From NCBI GenBank assembly GCA_001821765.1, contig MHOA01000006.1, positions 4,389 to 68,388 of the forward strand: 64,000 nt of DNA. Direction: 5' to 3'. This DNA comes from Candidatus Ryanbacteria bacterium RIFCSPLOWO2_12_FULL_44_26. Its GTDB lineage: Bacteria > Patescibacteriota > Minisyncoccia > Ryanbacterales > HO2-45-13. The notes under the pieces are model-generated. The model was not told the origin of the DNA and ran no database searches. It worked only from the letters and a program-made list of their open reading frames with translations. This document shows, one piece after another, positions 37,884 to 48,431 of the stretch. Each line of letters starts with the position of its first letter. Position 1 is the first letter of the stretch. The translations under genes were made by a program, and so were the position numbers.

Positions 37884-40500
37884 AGAAAAAAATACAATTG
37901 TTCTTTTGGATATGCACGCGCTCATACACCGCTCTTATCACGCGTTGCCGGAACTTACAAATGCGGAGGGAGAACCGATTGGAGCGGTGTACGGAGTATC
38001 ATCCGTTCTCCTAAAACTTATAAGAGAACTGAAGCCAACACACCTAGCGGCGGCATTTGATCTGCCGGAACCCACCTTTAGGCATATTGCATATGAGCAG
38101 TATAAGGCCCATCGTGAAAAAGCACCCGACGAGCTCATAAAGCAATTTGAAAAAGCGCGTGATATTGTACGCGCTTTCAACATACCAATCTACGAAGCGC
38201 CCGGATTTGAGGCCGACGACATTATTGGCACACTGGCCGATCTCCTTAAAAAAGAGAAAGGCACGCGTGTCATCATAGCGTCAGGGGATCTTGATACTCT
38301 CCAGCTTGTTGAAGGGGAAAAGGTGACTGTGTACACGCTTCGCAAAGGCATTCAAGACACGATTATATATGATGAGCAGGCTGTCATGGACCGTTTTGGT
38401 TTTTCCCCATCCTTCCTCGCTGACTTTAAGGGGTTGAAAGGGGATCCATCGGACAACATCATCGGCATAAAAGGGATTGGCGAAAAAACGGCGGCACGTT
38501 TGGTTGGCGAATACGGATCTTTGGAGAATTTTTATACAAAGACAAAAGACCAAAAACCGGAGTGGCTTTCAGAGCGACTGTATCAAAAACTCTGCTTAGG
38601 CAGGGAGGACGCGTTTTTTTCAAAGGAACTCGCGCTTATCAGAAAAGACGCGCCGATTCGGGCAACGTTGAGCGGTCTTACGTGGTCCTTCCCAAAAGAA
38701 AGCGTGAAGAGCGTTTTTATGAAATTGAACTTTAAAAGTTTACTTTCCCGCTTGCCAGACACTTCCACAGCCGGTGGCGAACTTCTCGCGGACAGCAATG
38801 ATCCCAAAACTGAAACCGCAGTCAAGGCGTTCAGCGCCGACAAAAGAAACTTTCAGCTGGACATAGCGTCCGCGGGCGCCGTGTCTGTGTATATGGCTGA
38901 AGACGGAGCAGCGTTTTTTTTGTGTGATGAAAGGACGCTGTGGAGAGCAGAAACATCCGAAAAAGTGATTTTTTTTAGGACAGCGTTGGAGCATATAAGA
39001 AAGAACCCGATATTCATCGGTCACGATCTAAAAGGTTTTTTTAGATTTCTCCTGCGCAACAACATACCCCTCCCGGAAACGTATTTTGATACCATGGTCG
39101 CTTTTTGGGTGCTTTATCCGGATGTCCAACATCCAAAGTTGTTCGATTTGTCTGACCGCTTTCTTTTTCAGCGCCCGGACACGGATGCCCGGCACGCAAT
39201 ATTACTCCCTGTGATTGAACGAAAACTGCGCCAAGAACTTGAAAAAGCAGAGATCCATAACGTCTACTTTGACATGGAGCTGCCGCTTATTCCTGTCCTT
39301 GCAATGATGGAGGAACACGGAGTTGAGTTTAAAGCGGAAGTGTTACACGCGATTTCCAAAGATGTACGGCAGCGTCTGTATGCGCTTGAAAGGGAAATAT
39401 TTAAACTTGCCGGGGTCAGTTTCAATATCCAATCTCCCAAGCAACTTTCCGAGCTGTTATTTTCTAAGCTCAGGCTTGAATCAAAAGGGATCCGAAAAAC
39501 AGCCGAAACCAAGGCCCCTTCTACCAGGAACTCGGAACTCGCAAAGCTAAAAGAAGCGCATCCGATAGTCTCAAAAATAATCAGTTTTCGTGAGCTTTCC
39601 AAGCTCCTTTCAACCTATATTGAAACGCTTCCAAAGCTTGTTGGAAGCGATGGGAGAATCCACACGCAATTTAACCAGACGGGAACTGTCACTGGCAGGC
39701 TTTCCTCCAAAGATCCAAACCTTCAAAACATTCCTATAAGAACCAATGAAGGGGAGGCGATTCGAAGAGCTTTTGTTGCAAAGAAAGGTTACGAGTTTGT
39801 TGCATTTGATTATTCCCAAATTGAGCTTAGAATTGCAGCCTCCTTCGCTGGGGATGAGGTTATGATGAATGCCTTCAAGGAAGGGAAGGATATCCACCGC
39901 CTTACGGCGGCAGCCATAAACCACATTATGCCCGAGGAGGTAACGCCACTTATGCGGCGACGCGCTAAAACGATCAATTTCGGCATTCTCTATGGAATGG
40001 GAGAAAATGCTTTATCTGAACTTATTGGCGTCACAAGGGCCGATGCGCGGGCGTATTTGGATGCTTATTTCCGAAACTTTAAAGGAATTGCTCAATATAT
40101 AAAGAAGACGAAAGAGCGCGCTCGTGAAAAAGGATATGTTGAAACCCTTTATGGAAGGCGCCGGTATCTTCCGGGGATTCGTAGCAAAGAGTTCCGAGTC
40201 GTGCGCGAAGCCGAACGCATGGCGGTAAATGCGCCGGTGCAAGGAACCGGGGCCGATATTATAAAGCATGCCATGCTCGCCATTGAGAAAGAGTTTCGTT
40301 TGCTGGGCGGCAGTCGTGATGTGAGGATGCTGCTTCAAATACACGACGACCTGCTTTTTGAAATCAGAAAGGGCGTAGTTGTCCAGTCCGCCAGAAAAAT
40401 AAAGGACATTATGGAAACAGCCGCCGCTCTCGCCGTTCCACTGGTGGTAGAAGTAAAAAGAGGCGTGAATTGGACAGACATGAAGGAGTTGCGCCTATGA
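37876..40500 (+). CDS. polA: DNA polymerase I
   Basis: 5'-3' exonuclease (EADD, GDPSDN); polymerase motifs DYSQIELR, KTINFGILYG and QIHDD. Confidence 0.98.
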   Translation: MSKEKNTIVLLDMHALIHRSYHALPELTNAEGEPIGAVYGVSSVLLKLIRELKPTHLAAAFDLPEPTFRHIAYEQYKAHREKAPDELIKQFEKARDIVRAFNIPIYEAPGFEADDIIGTLADLLKKEKGTRVIIASGDLDTLQLVEGEKVTVYTLRKGIQDTIIYDEQAVMDRFGFSPSFLADFKGLKGDPSDNIIGIKGIGEKTAARLVGEYGSLENFYTKTKDQKPEWLSERLYQKLCLGREDAFFSKELALIRKDAPIRATLSGLTWSFPKESVKSVFMKLNFKSLLSRLPDTSTAGGELLADSNDPKTETAVKAFSADKRNFQLDIASAGAVSVYMAEDGAAFFLCDERTLWRAETSEKVIFFRTALEHIRKNPIFIGHDLKGFFRFLLRNNIPLPETYFDTMVAFWVLYPDVQHPKLFDLSDRFLFQRPDTDARHAILLPVIERKLRQELEKAEIHNVYFDMELPLIPVLAMMEEHGVEFKAEVLHAISKDVRQRLYALEREIFKLAGVSFNIQSPKQLSELLFSKLRLESKGIRKTAETKAPSTRNSELAKLKEAHPIVSKIISFRELSKLLSTYIETLPKLVGSDGRIHTQFNQTGTVTGRLSSKDPNLQNIPIRTNEGEAIRRAFVAKKGYEFVAFDYSQIELRIAASFAGDEVMMNAFKEGKDIHRLTAAAINHIMPEEVTPLMRRRAKTINFGILYGMGENALSELIGVTRADARAYLDAYFRNFKGIAQYIKKTKERAREKGYVETLYGRRRYLPGIRSKEFRVVREAERMAVNAPVQGTGADIIKHAMLAIEKEFRLLGGSRDVRMLLQIHDDLLFEIRKGVVVQSARKIKDIMETAAALAVPLVVEVKRGVNWTDMKELRL

Positions 40501-40513
40501 TATAATAGAAGGA

Positions 40514-41725
40514 ATGTATCTGGATGAACGAACGCGTGGCCAGGGGCAGCTCAGCGCAAAAGCGGGCGAGAGGACGCCTCGCTGGACGAAGTCATTGTTT
40601 GTAAAGTTTTTTCTGGCGCTTATTTCTCTTTCTTTAATACCGGCCGCGCTTGTGGCGGTGTTCACAGCCGCGGCGTATCAGGTGGTTCTTCGGGGTTATG
40701 TTGCGCCGGAAGTCGTCAACGAGCTTACGCAAAACCTTATCACACAGGCCATTCTCGTATTTTTGTTTATCACCGTTATCGCCCTTTTTGTGGCGTTTTT
40801 GCTTTCACAAAGCATTACTCGCCCCTTAAGAACTCTCGCGACTGCAGTTGAACGAATTGTGAAAGGCGATCTTGATCTTTCTTTTAAGATCACGCGTGAA
40901 GACGAGATCGGCGCTCTCGGACATTTTTTTAATGACATGGTCGTACAGTTGAAGGAAGTTGCTGAACGGCAAAAGGCCATCAACCGTGTAAAATCTGAAT
41001 TTATCTCTATCACCGCGCATCAGCTGCGAACGCCTTTGTCCGCTATGAAGTGGTCGTTGGGAATGTTTCTTGACGGCGACTTGGGGCCTGTAACCAAAAA
41101 GGAGCGCGAAATGCTTGAGCGGGCTTATAAAGAAAATGAACGCATGATCCGTCTTGTAAATGATTTGCTCAACGTCGCTCGAATTGAAGAGGGCAAGTTT
41201 GGTTATTCATTTGCGCCGCTCAATGTAAATTCTTTCCTCAATAGGCTGGTAAGCAACTATGCTTTAACGGCAGAGCATAGGCATTTAACAGTGTCGCTGA
41301 ATCTCCCAAAGACAAGCTATACGATATACGCAGACGAGGAAAAACTCTCCATCGCCATAGGAAATGTCATTGAGAACGCGCTCAAGTATACTCCCGAGGG
41401 CAAACATATCGACGTCACGTTATCAGCGCAAAAAAGAGACTTTCTTCTGCTGAAGGTGAAGGATGAAGGCGTTGGAATTTCCAAGGAGAATTTGAAACGC
41501 ATTTTTACCAAGTTTTTTCGATCACAAAAGGTGATCCAGATGGAAACACAAGGAACAGGTTTGGGTTTGTTTATAACAAAGAATATCATTCGCAGGCACG
41601 GCGGAAAAGCCTGGCTTACATCCGAAGAGGAAAAAGGAACAACGTTTTTTATCACATTACCGCTTCGCTCGGAACTTGTTCCCGATAAGGAGCTTTCGTA
41701 TGAAGAGTTCATTGAGGCCTTTTAA
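40514..41725 (+). CDS. HAMP-domain sensor histidine kinase
   Basis: Two TM helices, HAMP, HQLRTPL, NALKY, DEGVG and GTGLGL motifs. Confidence 0.95.
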   Translation: MYLDERTRGQGQLSAKAGERTPRWTKSLFVKFFLALISLSLIPAALVAVFTAAAYQVVLRGYVAPEVVNELTQNLITQAILVFLFITVIALFVAFLLSQSITRPLRTLATAVERIVKGDLDLSFKITREDEIGALGHFFNDMVVQLKEVAERQKAINRVKSEFISITAHQLRTPLSAMKWSLGMFLDGDLGPVTKKEREMLERAYKENERMIRLVNDLLNVARIEEGKFGYSFAPLNVNSFLNRLVSNYALTAEHRHLTVSLNLPKTSYTIYADEEKLSIAIGNVIENALKYTPEGKHIDVTLSAQKRDFLLLKVKDEGVGISKENLKRIFTKFFRSQKVIQMETQGTGLGLFITKNIIRRHGGKAWLTSEEEKGTTFFITLPLRSELVPDKELSYEEFIEAF

Positions 41726-41850
41726 CATCACGGTTTTCTATAACCATATGCTGTAAAGCCGCTTAGGATATGGGGCGTTTTATCTGACGTGTTGTGCGTG
41801 TTGGTTGTTCCAATCAACGCTAGACTGATGATTTTTCCTGTGATACGCTT

Positions 41851-42318
41851 ATGTATATGATGGACGAGGACAAAGGGGGTGATAAGAAAACAGATTCAAA
41901 ACGATATGCAATGCCTATCTCGTCGCTTCAAAAAGCAGGCGAAACGTCGGTGCTTATTATTGAGGATGATAAATTTCTTCGCGATCTTATGATGGAGAAA
42001 CTGGCCAAAGAGGGATACACGGTCTACGGCGCGATTACCGGCGAAGAAGGCCTTAAACAGATAAAGGACAAAAAACCAACACTGACGCTTTTGGATCTGG
42101 TGCTGCCCGGAATGGACGGTTTTGAATTGTTAAAAACTTTAAAAGAAGACGGCACCATAGGAAATGCCCCCGTTATTGTGCTTTCAAATCTTGGAACAAA
42201 AGAGGACATTGATCGGGCAATGGAGCTGGGCGCCAAGGATTTTCTGATAAAGGCGCATTTTACACCCGCGGAAATTGTAGAAACGGTAAAGAAAACAATT
42301 CAGGAATCATATCTCTAG
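41851..42318 (+). CDS. Single-domain response regulator
   Basis: IIEDD, LLDLVLPGMDG and DFLIK motifs. Confidence 0.93.
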   Translation: MYMMDEDKGGDKKTDSKRYAMPISSLQKAGETSVLIIEDDKFLRDLMMEKLAKEGYTVYGAITGEEGLKQIKDKKPTLTLLDLVLPGMDGFELLKTLKEDGTIGNAPVIVLSNLGTKEDIDRAMELGAKDFLIKAHFTPAEIVETVKKTIQESYL

Positions 42319-42431
42319 AGTCTGCGGCGTTTTCGAGAGCAAAGCACTGTCCAATATATACTGTCGAGGTTTAAGTGCCAACGCGCTCATTTGATTTTTG
42401 GGTGTAAGGTTTCGAGTACAAATTTTGTCCT

Positions 42432-43196
42432 ATGCTGTATTTTTTTTATGGCGACGACTGGAGAGCGTCTCTCAATGAAGTAAATAAGACAATCGGCCAG
42501 TTTGGAAAAGAAACTATACAAAGCGGTCATATAGTTTTTGATTTAGAGGAGGCGCCCGTTGAGGTATTGGAAAATGTTCTTGTTTCCAATTCTCTCTTTT
42601 CTAACAGACAATTGCTTGTGTTGAAGCATCTTTTTGGGGCGCCGCATGCGCACGACTTTTTTGTAAATAACATAAAGCGTTTTCGAGACTCGGACGACGT
42701 GTTTATAGTTTGGGAACGCGGCAGACTTGACGGTGCCGTTGTTAAAACTGAAGCGATGAAAACGCTTTTAGCGAATAGCCACTCAAAGGAATTCCGTCTG
42801 AAGCTTCGGGATAAAGCGCCCCTGCCTCCCCGCCGCATGATATATGAATTTGTGGACGCGTGGGTTGGAAAAGATAGGCCGCGGGCCATTTATTTGTTTC
42901 ATGTCCTTATTGCCAACGGCGTTGGCCCGGAGGAACTTTTTTGGGCGCTGGTTTGGCAGATTCGAAATATCTTGGCAGTAGCATCGTTGCTTAAGGAGCA
43001 CATGAACGCAGAGGACATAAAACGCACGACCGGCCTTCATCCATTTGTTGTAAAAAAGAGCATTGCGCAGAACAGGACAACGCCGCACGGATTTCCAGCA
43101 ACCTCTCTTGCAAAACTTCGTGTGATCGATGAAAGGGTAAAAAGAGAGTCCGCAAAGTTAGAAGAACTTCTTTTGCACTTCCTGCTTACAACGTAG
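42432..43196 (+). CDS. holA: DNA polymerase III delta subunit-like protein
   Basis: LYFFYG, SLFS..LLVLK and LHPFVVKK motifs; convergent with rpsT. Confidence 0.8.
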   Translation: MLYFFYGDDWRASLNEVNKTIGQFGKETIQSGHIVFDLEEAPVEVLENVLVSNSLFSNRQLLVLKHLFGAPHAHDFFVNNIKRFRDSDDVFIVWERGRLDGAVVKTEAMKTLLANSHSKEFRLKLRDKAPLPPRRMIYEFVDAWVGKDRPRAIYLFHVLIANGVGPEELFWALVWQIRNILAVASLLKEHMNAEDIKRTTGLHPFVVKKSIAQNRTTPHGFPATSLAKLRVIDERVKRESAKLEELLLHFLLTT

Positions 43197-43207
43197 GCGG
43201 ATGAGAT

Positions 43208-43471
43208 TTACAATTCCTTATTCACTGCCCGCGACAGGCGCGCTTTTTTTCTGCTCGCTGTGTTTTTTTTAATGATCCCTGTCTTTGCTGCTTTATCCAG
43301 CGTCTTATAGACTTGCGGCAAGAGCGCTGACGCCTCTTCTTTTTTCTTGTTTGTGATTGCCTTTTTGAGACGCTTTATTGCTTCTTTCAGTCGGCGGCTT
43401 TGCTGAAGATTTCTTGTGTGTCTTCGTTCAGCTTGCCGGAGCGCCTTTTTTGCAGATCGTGTATTTGGCAT
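43208..43471 (-). CDS. rpsT: 30S ribosomal protein S20
   Basis: MPNTRSAKKALRQ...LDKAAKTGIIKKNTASRKKARL. Confidence 0.98.
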   Translation of the reverse strand: MPNTRSAKKALRQAERRHTRNLQQSRRLKEAIKRLKKAITNKKKEEASALLPQVYKTLDKAAKTGIIKKNTASRKKARLSRAVNKEL

Positions 43472-43634
43472 GAAATAACAACGGAATCAAACATTAAAAT
43501 CGAATATCGTGTAAGGTGATACGCGTATTATATCAGCGGCACGGGCCATCGTCAAGCAGTCTTGGAGGGTCCGCCGAAATAATCAACTCCCTCTATAAGT
43601 ATAGATATGAAACACCAGGTGTCTCATTTTGAGA

Positions 43635-45617
43635 TTATAAGGTCCGCAACAAGTCACGAAGTTCTTTTGCCTTTTCAAACTCAAGGTTGGCGGCGGCTTC
43701 CAACATTTCAGCCTCGATCTCTTTTTTGAGCGCTACGAGCGATCTTTTTTGATTGCCTTTCTTTGTTTTGGCAAACAATTCCTGCAGTTGGGCATCCAGA
43801 GTTTTTTTCTTAAAGCGTTTTCTTTCGCCAAACAAGGCCGGACGCATCGCCTTTTTTAACGCCTTTGGTATGATGCCGTGTTTTTTATTATAATCCTGCT
43901 GGTGAGCTCGTCGTCTTGCTGTTTCTTCCATTGCTTCCTTCATAGCATCGGTTATCGTATCAGCAAAGAAAATGGTTCGCCCTTGGGGATGGCGCGACGC
44001 TCTTCCCATAGTTTGAATAAGCGTTGTTTTATTTCTTAGAAACCCTTCTTTGTCGGCGTCCAATATGCATACCAACGAAACCTCTGGAAGATCCAGGCCC
44101 TCTCTTAGGAGATTTACTCCAACCAACACATCGTATGTTCCTTTTCTTAAATCTCGAAGGATTTCGGGGCGCTCCAGCGTTTCAATGTCCGAATGGAGCC
44201 ACGCGACGCGAATTCCTTTTTGCTTCATATAGTCGGCGATATCTTCTGCGTTACGTTTGGTCAGCGCTATGAGAAGCGCCCGTTCGTTTTTGTGTATGAG
44301 TTTCTGAGTTTCCTCTATGGCATCGCGGATTTGGTGTTTGGTTGGTAAAATTTCAACGGTCGGATCAAGCAACCCTGTTGGACGAACAAGCTGTTCTATG
44401 ACAGGCCCCCTTGCCAGCTCGTATTGAGCGGGCGTTGCGCTGATGTATATAGTTTGTCCGATTTTTTTCTCAAACTCTTCAAATGTAAGCGGCCGATTAT
44501 CAAGCGCTGACTTAAGCCTAAAACCATTTTCCACCAGCACGAGCTTTCGCGCTCTATCGCCGTTATACATTCCCCTGATTTGCGGAATGGTGATGTGCGA
44601 TTCATCTATACAGGTAAGGAAGTCGTCCCCGAGATAATCCAGAAGAGTAAATGGGGGTTCGCCGGCGGCTCTAAACGAGAGGTGTCTGGAATAATTCTCA
44701 ATGCCCGCGCTGTAGCCCGTTTCGCTCAGCATCGCCATGTCAAAACGTGTGCGTTTATGTAGGCGCTCGGCTTCAAACGCTTTTCCCTCTTTTTTAAGCT
44801 CTGCGATGCGGCTCTCCAATTCCTTTTCAATGTTTTTTATCGCCACCTTGAGGGCGGCGTTTGGTGTGACAAAATGTTTGTTGGGGAAAAAGAGCGCCCG
44901 TTGCTGTCGTGTCGCTGCACTATAAGATGTGGCGTTTTTTCTTTCCGTAATGCGCTCAATGGTGTTTCCGTGGAATTCAATTCTTGTTCGTGTTTGTCCG
45001 TCGGGAGACATTACTTCTATAACATCTCCTTTTACACTAAATGTACCAGCGGCTCCTTCAATGTCGTTGCGTGTATATTGCAGATCCGCAAGTGCGCCAA
45101 GAAACTCTTTTCTTATAACTGTATTCCCGACAGTTACTTCGTGTGCCATATTTTTATATTCAGCCGGGTTGCCCAGCCCATAAATGGCTGACACGGAGGC
45201 GACAACAATGCAGTTTTTCGCGCTTAAGAGCGACGCCGTGGTCGCATGCCGCAACTGGTCGATGAAGTCATTGATACTGGCGCTTTTTTCAATAAAGGTG
45301 TCGGTTGAAGGAATATATGCCTCCGGTTGGTAATAATCATAGTAGGACACGAAATAATGGACGGGGTTTTGAGGGAAAAACTCCTTCAGCTCCTCATAGA
45401 GTTGTGCGGCAAGCGTTTTATTGTGTGAGAGCACCAGTGTTGTTTTGTTTGTTTGAGCAATGACATTTGCTATGGTAAATGTTTTTCCGGATCCGGTAAC
45501 TCCGAGCAGTGTTTGGTTTTTTATTCCGCTGCGAATCCCCTCGGCAAGTTGTTTTATTGCCTTTGGCTGATCCCCGGCTGGTTTAAATGGCGAGTGCAGC
45601 GCAAAAAGTTTATTCAT
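43635..45617 (-). CDS. uvrB: Excinuclease ABC subunit B
   Basis: GVTGSGKT, YDYYQPEAY, DESH and NLLREGLDLPEV motifs. Confidence 0.98.
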   Translation of the reverse strand: MNKLFALHSPFKPAGDQPKAIKQLAEGIRSGIKNQTLLGVTGSGKTFTIANVIAQTNKTTLVLSHNKTLAAQLYEELKEFFPQNPVHYFVSYYDYYQPEAYIPSTDTFIEKSASINDFIDQLRHATTASLLSAKNCIVVASVSAIYGLGNPAEYKNMAHEVTVGNTVIRKEFLGALADLQYTRNDIEGAAGTFSVKGDVIEVMSPDGQTRTRIEFHGNTIERITERKNATSYSAATRQQRALFFPNKHFVTPNAALKVAIKNIEKELESRIAELKKEGKAFEAERLHKRTRFDMAMLSETGYSAGIENYSRHLSFRAAGEPPFTLLDYLGDDFLTCIDESHITIPQIRGMYNGDRARKLVLVENGFRLKSALDNRPLTFEEFEKKIGQTIYISATPAQYELARGPVIEQLVRPTGLLDPTVEILPTKHQIRDAIEETQKLIHKNERALLIALTKRNAEDIADYMKQKGIRVAWLHSDIETLERPEILRDLRKGTYDVLVGVNLLREGLDLPEVSLVCILDADKEGFLRNKTTLIQTMGRASRHPQGRTIFFADTITDAMKEAMEETARRRAHQQDYNKKHGIIPKALKKAMRPALFGERKRFKKKTLDAQLQELFAKTKKGNQKRSLVALKKEIEAEMLEAAANLEFEKAKELRDLLRTL

Positions 45618-45666
45618 AAATTATATTTTGTAGCATATTATTTTTAACGGTATATTATATCTATAT

Positions 45667-46254
45667 ATGATAGCGCACATTGAGGGCAATATTGTTTTTC
45701 GGGGAAGCCGTTTTGTTATTGTCGAAGCGGGCGGCATTGGCTATCGCGTCTTTATTTCAAAAGAGGCAATGAAAAGCATTCCTGAGAAAGGTTCGAGCGT
45801 GAAATTTTTTACACATCTTCATACAAGAGAAGACACCATGGAGCTTTACGGATTTTTGACGTTTGCTGAGCTTGAATTTTTTGAGCTGCTCATTTCTATT
45901 TCCGGCATTGGGCCAAAACTGGCGTTGGGTGTTCTTGGTGTCGCTCCCCTTGACAGCATTAAAAGAGCAGTCGCCTTTGGGGAAGTCGAGCATCTTGTGA
46001 AAGTTTCGGGCATTGGCAGGAAAATAGCGGAGAAGATTGTGCTAGAACTCCGGGATGTTTTGAAGGGGAGCACTGAAACGGCGCCGGAGTTTTTTGAGGC
46101 GGAATCGGATGCGCTTGATGCCCTCGTTGTGCTTGGATATAAAAAACAAGAAGCGCGCGAGGCGTTAAAGAAAGTGCCCAACAGTGTCACGAACGTCGAA
46201 CAACGCATCACTTTGGCTTTAAAAGCAATGGGAAAGAAAACGCGGCGTTCTTAA
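45667..46254 (+). CDS. ruvA: Holliday junction binding protein
   Basis: GGIGY, RED..ELYGF, SGIGPK and ALVVLGY motifs. Confidence 0.98.
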   Translation: MIAHIEGNIVFRGSRFVIVEAGGIGYRVFISKEAMKSIPEKGSSVKFFTHLHTREDTMELYGFLTFAELEFFELLISISGIGPKLALGVLGVAPLDSIKRAVAFGEVEHLVKVSGIGRKIAEKIVLELRDVLKGSTETAPEFFEAESDALDALVVLGYKKQEAREALKKVPNSVTNVEQRITLALKAMGKKTRRS

Positions 46255-46351
46255 GGGTTGAGCTTGCTTAGGGGTTTCCGTCGGGATATACTATGGAAGC
46301 CACGCTTATAAGGCGGAAAAGCGCGGCCTTTATTTTTTTACCAGGCAGTTT

Positions 46352-46513
46352 ATGGCAAAAAGCGGGCTTCCTAAAAGCATCCGAAAGCATGTTCGAACGA
46401 AAAAAGCCGAAATCCGACGGCGCCTTATTAGTGATGACGAAAAGAAGCGCGCTATAAAGGATTTATACGATGAAGTATTAAAACAGGTAAAGCCGAAAAA
46501 AAATGACACGTAG
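46352..46513 (+). CDS. Small basic helical protein (53 aa)
   Basis: Not in the ORF track. Manual translation: MAKSGLPKSIRKHVRTKKAEIRRRLISDDEKKRAIKDLYDEVLKQVKPKKNDT; overlaps the rarA start. Confidence 0.6.
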   Translation: MAKSGLPKSIRKHVRTKKAEIRRRLISDDEKKRAIKDLYDEVLKQVKPKKNDT

Positions 46514-47771
46514 TCTTTTTGACACACGCCAAAGGTCATTTTCGCCGCTTGCAGACCGCTTGCGTCCAAAGAACCTTGATGAATTTATCGGACAAGAAGA
46601 GGTAATGGAGAAAGGGAAACCGCTGCGCACAGCTATTGAGCGCGATGAATTGCAAAGCGCCATACTGTGGGGGCCGCCCGGTTCGGGAAAAACCACGCTC
46701 GCGCGCATTATCGCAGAGAGCACTAAGTCATATTTTCAACCCTTTTCAGCCGCTGTTTCCGGTGTGGGGGAATTGAGGGGTTTTATAAAGGATGCAAGTG
46801 AACGGCTGAAACTGTACAAAAAACGGACGATTTTATTTGTTGATGAAATCCATCGGTTTAACAAAACCCAGCAGGACGCTTTTTTACCATACGTTGAGGA
46901 CGGAACGATTATTCTCATCGGCGCGACGACCGAAAACCCCTCGTTTGAGCTGAATGGTCCTCTCCTTTCACGCTCTTTGATCTTTGTGCTGAAGCCCCTT
47001 TCTCATCAACACATTAAACGCATTCTTGGCCGGGCCATTTCAGATAAAGAGCGAGGACTCGGTAACGAAAAGATACATGTTTTGGAAGAAGCGCTTGAAA
47101 AACTGGCGGCGTTCGCAGATGGGGACGCGCGCGCAGCGTTAAACGCACTTGAATTCGTTGCGGCAAGCACACAGCACACACAAGGCAATAATATTATTGA
47201 TGGGAGGCGCGTTGAGGAAGCGTTTCAGAAAAAAGCTATTTTGTATGACAAGTCCAGCGAGGAGCATTATAATCTCATCTCTGCTTTTATTAAATCTTTA
47301 CGAGATTCTGATCCGGACGCCGCGCTTTACTGGATGACGCGCATGTTGGAAGGCGGTGAGGATCCACGTTTTATTGCGAGGCGAATGCTTGTTTTTGCTT
47401 CCGAAGACGTGGGTAATGCCGATCCATTGGGAATTGTCGTGGCGTCGGCCGTTGCGGATGCTGTTGAATACGTCGGCATGCCGGAATCAGCAATTAACCT
47501 CGCACAAGGGGTGACGTATTTGGCGAGCGCGCCAAAAGACAACGCTTCTTATAAGGCGTTGATGGAAGCGTGGGACGACACCAAAAAATACGGCGCTCTC
47601 CCGGCCCCGTTGCATTTAAGGAACGCCGTTACTAACCTTATGAAAGAATTAGGATACGGAAAGGGATACAAATACGCCCACGACTTTAAGGACGCCAAAA
47701 CAGATCAGGAACATTTTCCCCAAAAACTGAAAAAGAAAAAGTACTACCACCCCCGGAAGCGCCGTTCATGA
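46503..47771 (+). CDS. rarA: Replication-associated recombination protein A
   Basis: PLADRLRP, WGPPGSGKTT, DEIHRF, ASEDVG and LHLRNA motifs. Confidence 0.97.
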   Translation: MTRSLFDTRQRSFSPLADRLRPKNLDEFIGQEEVMEKGKPLRTAIERDELQSAILWGPPGSGKTTLARIIAESTKSYFQPFSAAVSGVGELRGFIKDASERLKLYKKRTILFVDEIHRFNKTQQDAFLPYVEDGTIILIGATTENPSFELNGPLLSRSLIFVLKPLSHQHIKRILGRAISDKERGLGNEKIHVLEEALEKLAAFADGDARAALNALEFVAASTQHTQGNNIIDGRRVEEAFQKKAILYDKSSEEHYNLISAFIKSLRDSDPDAALYWMTRMLEGGEDPRFIARRMLVFASEDVGNADPLGIVVASAVADAVEYVGMPESAINLAQGVTYLASAPKDNASYKALMEAWDDTKKYGALPAPLHLRNAVTNLMKELGYGKGYKYAHDFKDAKTDQEHFPQKLKKKKYYHPRKRRS

Positions 47772-48244
47772 AACGGACAAAGAGACTCTTTGTTGTGGCG
47801 CACAACGTAAGAAGCGTGGCCAACGTAGGGTCTCTGTTTAGAACCTGTGACGGGGTAGGAGCGGCAAAGGTTTTTCTTACCGGTTATACCCCGTCTCCCG
47901 TTGATGAAATGGGAAGAGCAAGAAATGATTTTCAAAAAACCGCCCTCGGCGCGGATAAAAATGTTGTTTGGGAAAAACAAAGCAGTATAGCGCGTCTTAT
48001 AGAGCGTTTAAGGAATGAAGGAATAAGCATTGTTATGCTTGAGCAATCAAAATCAGCGATTGATTACAGAGCATTTCGTCCCCAGTTCCCTTTGGCGCTT
48101 GTGGTGGGGAACGAAGTGCGCGGGCTTTCAGAGAAACTGCTCAAGAAAGCTGATTGGTTTATTCAAATTCCGATGTTTGGAAAAAAGGAATCCTTAAACG
48201 TTGCTGTCGCTTTCGGCATCGCAGCGTATAAACTACTGGAGTAA
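47768..48244 (+). CDS. TrmH/SpoU RNA methyltransferase
   Basis: NVGSLFRT, GNEVRG and IPMFG..ESLNVAVA motifs. Confidence 0.93.
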   Translation: MKRTKRLFVVAHNVRSVANVGSLFRTCDGVGAAKVFLTGYTPSPVDEMGRARNDFQKTALGADKNVVWEKQSSIARLIERLRNEGISIVMLEQSKSAIDYRAFRPQFPLALVVGNEVRGLSEKLLKKADWFIQIPMFGKKESLNVAVAFGIAAYKLLE

Positions 48245-48381
48245 GGCGTGGATTATATGCCGGTAGACGAAAAGGCCTCCGTGCCGCCTCGCAAAACGAT
48301 AGCGTCGGTGTTTCCTGCCATCCTTATTTTTATGTTATATAATGTAAGTGTGGTGTTTGTAGGTTTATTTCCTGCATCGCC

Positions 48382-48407
48382 AAATCCCCCGGCAATCCGG
48401 GGGATTT
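48382..48407. repeat. 11-bp GC-rich inverted repeat
   Basis: AAATCCCCCGG-CAAT-CCGGGGGATTT. Confidence 0.75.
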
Positions 48408-48431
48408 CAGCATAGTAGTTTTTAGCACACA

